A DNA stretch of 53,205 bases from a virus (IMGVR_UViG_3300008261_000396:1-53205); one strand, 5' to 3'. Positions 19,736-29,757 are shown, numbered from the stretch's first letter. A program made the numbers and translations. Notes: a model not told the origin generated them from the sequence alone.

Positions 19736-20001
19736 TGTATAATAAAAAGACCCTTCTACAAGCTATGGCTGATATGAATAAAGCCAAAGCACCTAAGAAA
19801 CCTAAAGATATAATCACTGATCCAAAAGGTCAGTGGGCTCATCCTGGTGAAGTAACTAGAATTCCTGGTAATGATATTACCATGAAAGGAGTAGGTTACC
19901 CAGTATTAGGTGTAGCTAATAATGGTCAACGAAAGATAATGCTTCCCGGAGCAGTCCTTTACTTCAGAACTATAAGAATAAGGTATATGATCCAAATGTA
20001 G
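19735..20001 (+). CDS. N-terminal part of a cargo protein; reading frame breaks near 19953
   Basis: DPKGQWAHPGEVTRIPGNDITMKGV; the tail after PGA (VLYFRTIRIRYMIQM) looks out of frame, while the -1 frame reads through into the 20064 ORF. Confidence 0.65.
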   Translation: MYNKKTLLQAMADMNKAKAPKKPKDIITDPKGQWAHPGEVTRIPGNDITMKGVGYPVLGVANNGQRKIMLPGAVLYFRTIRIRYMIQM

Positions 20002-20063
20002 ATTACTTTCAAGATGGAGGTGAAAAAGATACTATAATATATCCTCCAGGAGATTCTGAATAT

Positions 20064-23000
20064 ATGGATCAACCATCTTATAATTATGATATTATTGAAA
20101 TGCTTAACCAAAAAGCTAGAAGAGGTTATGAAGAGTATATGCATGATCAAACAGATCCAACTAATATAAACAGAACATCACCGGCATATCAACAAAAATT
20201 TCATATGAGAGAAGGCTTGATTCAAGCTCAAGATGGTGGTGATTTAAATTTAGAACTTACACAAGATGAAATTGATCAATATGTAAAAGGTGGATACATA
20301 GTAGAAGATATATCTGTACCAGAACTCAACCAAGCTCAGAAAGGTGGTTTTAAACCTATTCCATTACCATTAGATAAAACAAGAAGTGAAACTACACAAA
20401 GAGTTTCTTTACCATCTAGACAAGCTATACAACATATTAAAAATAAACCGGGTGCTGATAAAGCTAAGAAAAAAGAAAAAAAAGAAATACAAAAATTTAA
20501 AAAACAACTTTGGAAAGAGTATGAAAAACTACCTTTATCAGAAAAAGTGTCTGATAGAGTAGGTGCTTTTTTTGTTGACCCTGCCGGTATGACCGCTAGA
20601 GCTCTTACAGGAGATCAAGCATATCTTCCAGGAATGGGAAAAGGTTTATTAAATCATGAAAATCCTGAGATAAGAGATAAGTATCTTAAAGAACTAGGAT
20701 ACACAAAAGGTGAGTTTGATGCATCAGATTTACAAAATATGGTAAACCCATTTTATTGGGCTTCATCACTTGTTAATAATACGGAAAAAGGCAACTATGG
20801 TACAGCAGCTTTAGAAGCTTTATTTATGGGATTGCCTAAGATGCCTAAAGGTACTATAAGTAGATCTAACATTACATCTGGTGCAAAGATGCTAAAGAAT
20901 GATGTAAAGAATGCTGGTGAATATTTAACTACTAAAACACCTTTAAAAAATGCTTATAAATTAAATCCTTGGGCATTTAAAGCAGATTCTGAAGCTGGTT
21001 ATAGAATGATTGGTGGAAAAGAAGGTTATTTAGATGCATTAACATCTGGTGAAATAAGACCTCAAGGTTATCATACATCAGCACATTTTAATATTGGAGA
21101 ACCTTTAAATCCAAACAGACTTTCTGCAGAAGAACTAATTCAAGCAGGAAGTCCTGGTGGATATAAAGGACCTTATATGGCTGAAATGAAACAGGGCACA
21201 TGGCAAAAAATGTCAGATGCTTTTCCTAACAATCTTGAAATGCAAGAACAGTTTAAATTATTAGGTAAAGATAAAGATGTTTGGCAGCATCCATTGTTTG
21301 GTAATATAAAAACAAATGATATAAGATTAAAACTATATAAAGAACATTGGTTAAAAGGATATAAAGAAGTTCCTAAACAATTACCTGGTTCACCTAATGC
21401 TGTAAATGATGTACAAAAAGCAGGTTTTTTAAATCCTTTTGCTATAGCAGATAGAATTATACCAAGACTTCCTACTCCATTAAATTATTTTGGGGTAGAG
21501 TCAAGTTGGAATAATGTTAGCCCTTTAAATCTTATACCAGGTTATGGTAAAAAACTTTTTAATAAAACAGATAAACTTCCTGTAGGTTTTAGAAAGTTTG
21601 GTAATTCATTAGAGGATGTAAAAACTAGCAAAACACTTTCACCAAAAGGTGGGAGTAGAATGGGTGCTAAACAAATAGAATCAGAAGGTAATTGGGCTGA
21701 ACCAAATAAAGTAAATGAAGCTTACAATGGTGTGTTTGAAGCTACTATGGATCCTAATATTGAAGGTTCAAATATAAAATTAGAAAAATGGAATAATAGA
21801 AATGGTATAGTAGGTACTACTAAAGAAGGAGATGTAGCTATTCCAATAACAGATCCTGGTTTGTCTTTTAATAGAAGACTTCCTTTTTCAAATAAATATG
21901 TATCAATTGATAAACAAAAATTAATAGATGGTAAATTTCAACTTGCAACTCAGCTACCACATGTTCAATCTTTAATAGAAAAATATGGATTAATTGCAGG
22001 ACATGCTATAGTTTTGGGATATATGATAGATGGTAAAAAAGGAGCTATTGAAAATTTAAAAACTGTAAATAAATACTCCGTTGATCCTGTTATAGATTGG
22101 TCTAAAAAACAATGGGATAGTTTTGATAAGACTCTAAATAAAAAAAAACAAGGTGGTGCAATCAATGATTCTGTGTATGTAGATTTAACACCTGACGAAA
22201 TTCAAGACTATATTGCTCAGGGTTATACTATTGAAGAAGTAGATGAGCCAGAGTTAATTGAAGCTCAGAATGGAATTATATCTACTAAAGAGCACACAGA
22301 TAAAAAAGGAAATAAAACTATTAAGGTTCAAAAAGAAGATGGAACTGTTTATACTAAAGTTATAAGTAAAGATGGTAAAGTTTATAATAGAATCTTTGAT
22401 CCTAAAAAAGACTCTTGGCTAACAGATCAAACAAAAAATTTATATTCTAAAGCACAAGGTTCAGGTAATTCAGATTGGTTTTGGGGACCAGCTGCTCTTA
22501 CAGCAATAGGAGCTGCACCATTAATAAAATCTGGAGCAACAGCTTTAGGTGAAGGACTTGTAGGTGTAGGTGATGCTGTAGCAAATGCTACATTAAATAA
22601 ACTTGGTAAAAATTCTTTTTTACAAGCAACCAAAGCTGCTTATAACGCAGCTCCATCATGGTTACCAACTGGAGCATCAGCAAGTAATCTACTTGGTGCT
22701 ACAGGTGCTGCTTATGGAGTAGATGCATATTTGGATAAAGAAAGTGATGTAAGTAAAGCAAATAAAGCAGCAATTGATGATCCTAATTTTAATACAGTAA
22801 CAAATGCTGTTAGTGAAAATGTTTTAAACTTAGCAAACTTTTTAGGTATTGGTGCAGGTGATAAAATTGGTAAAACAATTAAGCATGTGAAAAACTTAAT
22901 GCCAGGTAAAAAATCTAAGACAATTGATGATTTAATAAGTAAGGTAGAAGAGCTTAGAAATGGTAGTGGAAGTATTGAAGAGGCTGAAAAAACTTTTGAA

Positions 23001-24209
23001 AAAATCAAAAAACAATCTTTAGATTTTTGGAAAACTCCAGAAGGTGAAAGAAGAGTAAAAAAATATCTTGATGAAAATGATTTAAGTAAATATGGTATTA
23101 CTCCACAGATGTATTCAGATATGATGAGTGATATTAATTTTCTTGATCAACCAACTATTTTAAACGCAAGAGAAAAAGTTGCAAAAATCAATCAATCAAG
23201 AGATATACTAAATAAAGAAAAATTTAAAATAAGTGATAAGATTTGGGAATTAAGAGCTAACAGAAATAAATTAACTGATCTTAACAATCCTAGCACTCAA
23301 GATTTAAAAGCTATTGAAGATATAGATAATGAGTTACAAAAATTAGAAAATGAAATGTCATTTAATTCAAGTCAAGATGCTGACTATATAGAAATGAAAC
23401 TGAAAACACATAATGTTGATAAATCTACAGGTTATTATGATACTGATAAGGATATAATATTTGCTGGTGAAGATTGGTCTCAACCAGCTAACAGAGAACA
23501 GACTTTATATCATGAATGGGGTCATAGTAAAAATTTAAAACCTCATTATACTTTAAAAAAATGGTTTCCAGGATCATATAAAATTGATCCAATTACAAAA
23601 AAAGTAGAAGATTTTGGAAAAGTATCACCAATAAATAAAAGATTAAGAAGCACAATTGAGTTTGAAAAACAAAATTCTTCAGGAATTCCGGAACATTTAG
23701 CTAACAAATTAAATCTTGATGAACTTTATGAGAATGCACAAGGTATATCATCATTAGGATTACAAAGATATACTGATCCAAAATCATATTATCAAAAGGC
23801 TCATAATTACTTTTATGACAGTGATGAGTCAAATGCTTATTTACAAGAGTTACTACCTGAATTGAAAAAAAGAGGTTACCTTAATAAACCAGGTGATCTT
23901 ATTTCACCTCAAATGGTAGAAGATTTGTTTAAGGAATATAGACAAGAATCAGCTAAAAAAATTGTAGAACCTATAAGAATTTTAGATATAGCAAGACCAA
24001 CTGAAAGAACTGTGAATAGAATTACAGATGAATTAAACAATCTGCATAGTTTACTTATTGGTGCTGGTGGTGCTGGTGCCGCAGGAGCAACTTTTTCTGA
24101 TGATGATAAATCAAAACCAGAATTAAAAAAAGGTGGTGTAGTTACTGAATTATCAGAAAATGAGATTCAAGATTATATAAATCAGGGTTATATAGTTGAA
24201 GAACAATAA
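20064..24209 (+). CDS. Modular (polyvalent-type) cargo protein with two possible ART-like domains, hydrophobic helices and a zincin-like HExxH; frame open from 19923
   Basis: HEWGH at 23511 with later ESNAY; YRMIG..GYLDA..SGEIR and FRKFG..LEDV..SKTL segments; three copies of an acidic module. Confidence 0.7.
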   Translation: MDQPSYNYDIIEMLNQKARRGYEEYMHDQTDPTNINRTSPAYQQKFHMREGLIQAQDGGDLNLELTQDEIDQYVKGGYIVEDISVPELNQAQKGGFKPIPLPLDKTRSETTQRVSLPSRQAIQHIKNKPGADKAKKKEKKEIQKFKKQLWKEYEKLPLSEKVSDRVGAFFVDPAGMTARALTGDQAYLPGMGKGLLNHENPEIRDKYLKELGYTKGEFDASDLQNMVNPFYWASSLVNNTEKGNYGTAALEALFMGLPKMPKGTISRSNITSGAKMLKNDVKNAGEYLTTKTPLKNAYKLNPWAFKADSEAGYRMIGGKEGYLDALTSGEIRPQGYHTSAHFNIGEPLNPNRLSAEELIQAGSPGGYKGPYMAEMKQGTWQKMSDAFPNNLEMQEQFKLLGKDKDVWQHPLFGNIKTNDIRLKLYKEHWLKGYKEVPKQLPGSPNAVNDVQKAGFLNPFAIADRIIPRLPTPLNYFGVESSWNNVSPLNLIPGYGKKLFNKTDKLPVGFRKFGNSLEDVKTSKTLSPKGGSRMGAKQIESEGNWAEPNKVNEAYNGVFEATMDPNIEGSNIKLEKWNNRNGIVGTTKEGDVAIPITDPGLSFNRRLPFSNKYVSIDKQKLIDGKFQLATQLPHVQSLIEKYGLIAGHAIVLGYMIDGKKGAIENLKTVNKYSVDPVIDWSKKQWDSFDKTLNKKKQGGAINDSVYVDLTPDEIQDYIAQGYTIEEVDEPELIEAQNGIISTKEHTDKKGNKTIKVQKEDGTVYTKVISKDGKVYNRIFDPKKDSWLTDQTKNLYSKAQGSGNSDWFWGPAALTAIGAAPLIKSGATALGEGLVGVGDAVANATLNKLGKNSFLQATKAAYNAAPSWLPTGASASNLLGATGAAYGVDAYLDKESDVSKANKAAIDDPNFNTVTNAVSENVLNLANFLGIGAGDKIGKTIKHVKNLMPGKKSKTIDDLISKVEELRNGSGSIEEAEKTFEKIKKQSLDFWKTPEGERRVKKYLDENDLSKYGITPQMYSDMMSDINFLDQPTILNAREKVAKINQSRDILNKEKFKISDKIWELRANRNKLTDLNNPSTQDLKAIEDIDNELQKLENEMSFNSSQDADYIEMKLKTHNVDKSTGYYDTDKDIIFAGEDWSQPANREQTLYHEWGHSKNLKPHYTLKKWFPGSYKIDPITKKVEDFGKVSPINKRLRSTIEFEKQNSSGIPEHLANKLNLDELYENAQGISSLGLQRYTDPKSYYQKAHNYFYDSDESNAYLQELLPELKKRGYLNKPGDLISPQMVEDLFKEYRQESAKKIVEPIRILDIARPTERTVNRITDELNNLHSLLIGAGGAGAAGATFSDDDKSKPELKKGGVVTELSENEIQDYINQGYIVEEQ

Positions 24210-26954
24210 ACATATTAAGTTTATTTAGTAAATTAAAATTTAGTATATTATTTATATACCCAAGTTATGGAAAAAAGAAAAGTAAGAATTTACAAATCTC
24301 CTGATGGAGAGGGTAAATATATAAACAAAACAAAGCAGTTTTTAGAAAAAGCTCAAGATGGTATGCAAGTATCTGGTGGTCAAGATGATGTCCAAGAACA
24401 ACTTGAGAATGTTAAGCTTTACATAAAAGGTTTAAAATCTGAAGATATTGATGATCAGGATATATATAAAGTTCTTGTAAGTAAGGGTATAAGAAAAGAT
24501 ATTGCTTCTTATTTACTGGAAGAAATTAATTCTGAAATTGAAGAGGAAGAAGCTGCTGCTGAACAAAAAGAAAACGGTGCTACAGAAGAAGGTGAAAAAC
24601 AAGAGCAAGAAATGTCTCAAGAAGAAGCTCCTGCTGAAGAAGAGCCTGATCAAGGTATGGAATACTATAATTCATATGCAAATGAAGAAGATGATTACAA
24701 CCCTAATATGGAATATCAGTATGGTGGTAAAACATCTAAAAGAAACTTTACTAAAAATGTATTAAGCTTACTTAAAAAGCAAGAAGGAGGAGCTGAAAAA
24801 GAACCTGGTAAAGGAGAAAGGTTTGATACAATCAATGGAGATGTTTCTAAAAAATCTGAGTTTGTTTCTAAAATAAAAGAAATTGCTGATAAAGCAGCAG
24901 TTGATGAGCTTTATAAGAAAATGATGGGTTCTAATAATCCAGAGTTAATTGAAGGTGCTCAGAAAATTGCAGAGCAAAGAAATAAACCATCTATGGGTAC
25001 ATTTCAAGAAGCACAGTCAGGTGGTCTAGTTGGTGGTGATAAACAACCAGAAATGTTTATGTATGGAGGAACTGAATTACCATTCTATGAAGCAGATTTC
25101 TTACCTGAAGCACGTTATGGTTATTCTGTAGGTAATTTAAGAAAAGCTCAGAATGGTGATAATGGTAAACTTACTGAAGAAGAATTAAAACAAGCAAAAG
25201 AACTTGGTATTAATGATCCGGGATTTAGTCCTAGTGGTACAAGAAGAAGAATTGATGAAAGTAGAAGAAATAAATGGATTGATGAACAAATGCAATCTAG
25301 AAGTAATTCAACTGAAAAAAATAACAAAACTTCTAATGATAAAAGAACTTATATAGGTACACCATATAATGCAAGAACAAGAGAAGCTTATACAGATTCT
25401 TTTGAAGGATTAAACCCATATGCTAAAACAGTTCACAAAAGAGGATTATTTGGAAGACCTAAGCAGTGGACTGAATATTATTCTAAAGGTTCTGGTCCTG
25501 GTAAACCATTAACACCTGGTCAAGAGATTAAAGCTGCTTATGAAAAGCAAATGGCAGAAAATAAATCTTTAAAGCATGGTGTTGAAAAAGATGTTTGGGA
25601 TGATTTATCTGGTAAAGCAAAAAGAGAAATCAGAAGAGGTGAAAGACAATTAGGTAGAGAGGCTAGAAGAGGATATAAGTCAATGATTGAGGATGCTGAA
25701 TTTAACAAAGGTGTGCATGCTCAATATAAATATAATAGTGAAGAAGATTTAGAAAGAGATTTAAAAAGAGCTGATAAAGCTTGGGATAAAGATGAATCTT
25801 TTGTATCTGATATAGATCATGAAGGTGTACCATACAAAGATATCATTACTAAAAAAAGAAATCTTGGAAATGGAGAATACCGTTGGGATCCAGTAAATAT
25901 TTTTGATAAAGTTTATGGTCCTGCATATAGTGATTTAGATAATGCTAAATTACCAACAGTAGTGGATGAATTTAAGTATAAGGATCTGATTACACCAATA
26001 GATTTTGAGAATGCATCTGTAATGAATGAAAGAGATCAAGCAGATTCAGAGTTGATAAAAAATTCAGGTAGCATGAAAGATTTTCTAAAATTTCATGGTA
26101 ATAAGATGCAAAATATACTAGATACAGAAGAAGAATACGGAGCTGATGAATTAGAGGAACCTATGTTACCTCAAACATATCAGTTTAAACCAGGTAAATC
26201 TAGAAATACATTAGAAGAAGATTTTATAAGAAAAGCTCAAGAAGCTGAAGAAGCTGATCAATTTAAGAACAATATGCTTGGACGTAAACTTGGTTTTAGA
26301 TATGGTGGCTTACCAAAAGCACAAACTGGTCCTCCAGTTAAAAAACCTTCTGATCCATCAACTAATACTACTGATTTATCAGGTATGTTAAAACCTGCTT
26401 CAAATCCAAATAGTTTTATGGGAGCTACACAATCATTTCCAGGTGCTCCATCTGCTCCTGTTAATCCTGATGCTGGTAAAGTTAAAACAGTAGAGATGGA
26501 TCCTAATCAAACTAAGGGTCAAACAATTACTTCTGAAGACTTTGGTGATCCAAAAAATGATGATATAATTGCTGTTGACAAACAAAGAGCTCCTAGTAAC
26601 TTTGATGGTGAAGATGCTGTTAATAAATTTAATGTTGCAGCAAATGCTGTAACAGGATTTATGAATAACCTTGATACAGCTAAGCAACAGAAAGAGATGT
26701 ATGAAAAAAACTTTACATCTGATAATATGTATGCGGCAACTAATACAAGAGATAGAGGAGATTATGTAGACTATGGTCAACAGTTAGGTCAATTTAGATA
26801 TGATCAAATGGGAAGTGATACCAGTGGTAGATTTGCATATGGTCAAATGGGTGGATACATGCAAGATGGTGGATTCACTGAAGGAGATGAAGTTGATATG
26901 ACTGAAGAAGAATTAGAAGAATTCCTTGCAAATGGAGGTGAAGTAGAATATTTA
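20253..26954 (+). repeat. Dispersed acidic module of about 20 aa, [ED][LM][TS]xxE[IL]xx[YF]xxxG[YG]x[VI]E; four copies at 20253, 22182, 24147 and about 26895
   Basis: ELTQDEIDQYVKGGYIVED; DLTPDEIQDYIAQGYTIEE; ELSENEIQDYINQGYIVEE; DMTEEELEEFLANGGEVEY. Confidence 0.85.
24206..24251 (+). promoter_or_regulatory. Palindrome ATAAAC-N7-GTTTAT overlapping promoter TTTA-N20-TATATTAT
   Basis: Same palindrome arms and spacing as at 29754. Confidence 0.6.
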
Positions 26955-26957
26955 TAA
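24267..26957 (+). CDS. Acidic, low-complexity virion cargo protein with many xxxGG motifs
   Basis: 896 aa, no Cys seen; YQYGG, KQEGG, AQSGG, FMYGG, FRYGG, GQMGG, MQDGG; ends in the acidic module. Confidence 0.75.
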   Translation: MEKRKVRIYKSPDGEGKYINKTKQFLEKAQDGMQVSGGQDDVQEQLENVKLYIKGLKSEDIDDQDIYKVLVSKGIRKDIASYLLEEINSEIEEEEAAAEQKENGATEEGEKQEQEMSQEEAPAEEEPDQGMEYYNSYANEEDDYNPNMEYQYGGKTSKRNFTKNVLSLLKKQEGGAEKEPGKGERFDTINGDVSKKSEFVSKIKEIADKAAVDELYKKMMGSNNPELIEGAQKIAEQRNKPSMGTFQEAQSGGLVGGDKQPEMFMYGGTELPFYEADFLPEARYGYSVGNLRKAQNGDNGKLTEEELKQAKELGINDPGFSPSGTRRRIDESRRNKWIDEQMQSRSNSTEKNNKTSNDKRTYIGTPYNARTREAYTDSFEGLNPYAKTVHKRGLFGRPKQWTEYYSKGSGPGKPLTPGQEIKAAYEKQMAENKSLKHGVEKDVWDDLSGKAKREIRRGERQLGREARRGYKSMIEDAEFNKGVHAQYKYNSEEDLERDLKRADKAWDKDESFVSDIDHEGVPYKDIITKKRNLGNGEYRWDPVNIFDKVYGPAYSDLDNAKLPTVVDEFKYKDLITPIDFENASVMNERDQADSELIKNSGSMKDFLKFHGNKMQNILDTEEEYGADELEEPMLPQTYQFKPGKSRNTLEEDFIRKAQEAEEADQFKNNMLGRKLGFRYGGLPKAQTGPPVKKPSDPSTNTTDLSGMLKPASNPNSFMGATQSFPGAPSAPVNPDAGKVKTVEMDPNQTKGQTITSEDFGDPKNDDIIAVDKQRAPSNFDGEDAVNKFNVAANAVTGFMNNLDTAKQQKEMYEKNFTSDNMYAATNTRDRGDYVDYGQQLGQFRYDQMGSDTSGRFAYGQMGGYMQDGGFTEGDEVDMTEEELEEFLANGGEVEYL

Positions 26958-26967
26958 TCTTATTAAA

Positions 26968-29757
26968 ATGAGAGTTAGAATTAAAAAAGTACCGCAAGCT
27001 AGAACAGGATACCAAGTACAAGGTTCATTAGCTAATGATGTACCAGCAATGGGTGGTGCAGATTACAATACTTATATAGGTAAACCTAAGATGAGTGTTA
27101 GTAAATATATCACAGCTGTTCCTAGAGAAGATGCTAATCTTGAAGCAGAAGGAGGTGAAACTGTATATGGTGACATCAATGGAGATGGAATACCAGAACA
27201 CAAAATCATCAAAGGCCCAAGACACTCTGGTGGTGGAGTTCCATTGAACTTACCAGATGACACTTTCATATACAGTGATTTTAGAGGAATGAATATAAAA
27301 GATCCTGTATTGTTAGCTCATTTTGGTAAAGGTTCAAAAGGTAAGAAAAGCTTTACTCCTGCACAATTAGCTAAACAGTATGATATTGATAAGTATAGAA
27401 AAATACTACAAGATCCAAATTCTGATAACATTGATATTAGAACTGCAGAGTTAATGATTGGTAATTATAATAAAAAATTAGCAGCACTAGCTTTAGTTCA
27501 AGAATCTCAGAAAGGTTTCCCACAAGGTATTCCTGCTGTGGCTAAACCATATATGGCTGAAAATAAACATGATGAATCAACATTTATTAACCCTGAGATT
27601 AAGCAATTTGGTAATCAAGTTAGTCAAAAACTTGCACAATCAGAACAACAAAATGTTGAAGAGACAGATGAATCAAATACTGAATTTCAAGATAATGAAG
27701 CTCAAGAAATGAATCAAGGTCAACCAGTAGCTATACCAGAACAACAGTATGGTGGTATGTTTATTGGTGGTTTTGATTTCCCTTACTCAGATGATATACC
27801 AGAAGCTGAGTATGGTATGGCTATGGGTGCTAATCCTAGAAACTATATGGGTAGACCTAAATCTCCTATGTATGCTAGAGGTGGTGCTTTAAGAACATAC
27901 CAAGGTGATAAAGGTGCAAGTTCTACTGGTGCTACTGGTGGTGCTAATCCAGCTGGTGATGCATTAGATATTACTGGAATGGATGATGAAAAAGCTAACA
28001 AAGCTTACTACATGTGGAAAAGAAAAAATCCAGATAAAGAACCATCAATTATGAAAGGTGGTAAAAAGATGAATTACAAAGCTCCAGATCCACAAAAAAC
28101 TGTAGGTCTTAATGATCTTAAAGCTGTAAATGCTGCTGGTCAAAAATTTTTAGAAACAGAATTAAAAAATCCTGATTCTAAAGTTAGAGCTGAATTACTT
28201 AAAGAAGCAAAAGCTGCCTATAATGATTCTACTACAGGTGGTAAAGGTGGAATAACTAAATATAGAAAAGATAAAAAATCTTTAAATGATGATGAAATTA
28301 TAAATGGAATCTTATCTGGAAAGAAAAGAAATGATGCAATTAAGGAAGCAGGAATTGACATGGCTTATCTTGATAATGGAGGTAATGGTTTTGCAAAATT
28401 TGATGATTTGAAAAAAAGAGGGCTTGTAAAAGATCAAGCTGAATATGATAAAATAAAAACTGATTATAAAGCTAAAGGTTGGGATAGTAAAGATAAAATA
28501 GCAAAAACTTTAAATATAAAACTACCTACACCTCAAGAAACATTAGTTGAACAAGCGGGAGCTCACGGTTTTGCAAGAATGCAAAAAAATAAAGTTGCAG
28601 GTACTTATAACTCTTTTGATGATGATTCTCTATATGCTATGGATACTGTCTTAGGTAAAGAACACAGTAGAGAAACTAATACGGGTGGCGCTGATGAAAC
28701 TGAAATGGCCAAATTGTATGGTTCTGAATATGCTAGTTTATCACCTATTGATGGTTATGCAGGTAATAGTACACTAGGTCATGGTATAAATCCTAATATG
28801 GATAGAGGAAAGTTTGAAGAAGCTCCTGGAACAGAAGAAGTGAAAAAAGAAGAAGTAGTAGAAGGTGATCCAGAACCAGGACAAGAAGAAGAAACAGAAC
28901 AAGAAGAAATAAAACAAGAAGTAGAACAGAAAGAACCTGAGATGTGGTTGCAAGATAAATTAAATATAGGTAATGCTGCTATAGATTTTCTTTCTGCTAA
29001 GAAATATATGCCAATGGGAGCTGCTAGAGTAGACTTGCAAAATCAAAAACCTACTTTCATGGATCCTACCAGAGAACTTGCTGCTAATGCAGAACAAGCA
29101 AATATTCAAACAGCTGGTATGGCTCAGTTTGCAGGACCACAAGCATTATCTGCTAGATCATCATCTATTCAAGGACAAGGTGCTAAAAATGCAGCTGATG
29201 TATTAGCTAGATATAATAATCAAAATGTTGGAATTGCTAATCAATTTGAAGCTGCTAATACAGCAATTAACAATCAAGAAGCTGCAATTAATCAAGCTAA
29301 TCAACTTAAATTGTATGACCAAAATACAATTGCTAATCAACAGTTTGATAATAGTAAAAGAGCTTTTAAAAACAATCTTGTTAATCAGTACAATGCAGGT
29401 GTTACCAATATGTACAAAACAGATGCATTAAATCAAATATATCCTGAATATCAAGTTGATGAAGGTGTTGGAGGTAGAGTAAAATTTGATCCAACTAAAG
29501 CTAGACAAATTAAACCTGAAGTTAGTGGAAATAGTGAACAAAAGTTTTATGAGGACTGTAGTAAAATGTATAAAGAAGAAGCACAAATTCAAAAATGTGT
29601 TGAGTCAAAAAAGAAAGCTGCAGGTTCAACAGGTACTACAACTACTGGTATAGATGCTCATAATGCACATTCTCAAGTAGGTACAAAGACTGCTCCTCCT
29701 GAAGCAAAACATGGAGGTTTTATCTATGGTGATATTACTTATCCGTTTATATTATAA
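26968..29757 (+). CDS. Virion cargo protein (conserved crAss-like ANLEAEGGE...GPRHSGGGV...FIYSD family)
   Basis: 929 aa; conserved N-domain and Asn/Gln/Ala-rich helical C-region typical of ejected proteins. Confidence 0.72.
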   Translation: MRVRIKKVPQARTGYQVQGSLANDVPAMGGADYNTYIGKPKMSVSKYITAVPREDANLEAEGGETVYGDINGDGIPEHKIIKGPRHSGGGVPLNLPDDTFIYSDFRGMNIKDPVLLAHFGKGSKGKKSFTPAQLAKQYDIDKYRKILQDPNSDNIDIRTAELMIGNYNKKLAALALVQESQKGFPQGIPAVAKPYMAENKHDESTFINPEIKQFGNQVSQKLAQSEQQNVEETDESNTEFQDNEAQEMNQGQPVAIPEQQYGGMFIGGFDFPYSDDIPEAEYGMAMGANPRNYMGRPKSPMYARGGALRTYQGDKGASSTGATGGANPAGDALDITGMDDEKANKAYYMWKRKNPDKEPSIMKGGKKMNYKAPDPQKTVGLNDLKAVNAAGQKFLETELKNPDSKVRAELLKEAKAAYNDSTTGGKGGITKYRKDKKSLNDDEIINGILSGKKRNDAIKEAGIDMAYLDNGGNGFAKFDDLKKRGLVKDQAEYDKIKTDYKAKGWDSKDKIAKTLNIKLPTPQETLVEQAGAHGFARMQKNKVAGTYNSFDDDSLYAMDTVLGKEHSRETNTGGADETEMAKLYGSEYASLSPIDGYAGNSTLGHGINPNMDRGKFEEAPGTEEVKKEEVVEGDPEPGQEEETEQEEIKQEVEQKEPEMWLQDKLNIGNAAIDFLSAKKYMPMGAARVDLQNQKPTFMDPTRELAANAEQANIQTAGMAQFAGPQALSARSSSIQGQGAKNAADVLARYNNQNVGIANQFEAANTAINNQEAAINQANQLKLYDQNTIANQQFDNSKRAFKNNLVNQYNAGVTNMYKTDALNQIYPEYQVDEGVGGRVKFDPTKARQIKPEVSGNSEQKFYEDCSKMYKEEAQIQKCVESKKKAAGSTGTTTTGIDAHNAHSQVGTKTAPPEAKHGGFIYGDITYPFIL

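Noticed and set aside
27160-27200. EF-hand-like DINGDGIPE in the 26968 protein
   Set aside because: It is a single Dx[DN]xDG loop without flanking EF-hand helices, too short to support a functional call.
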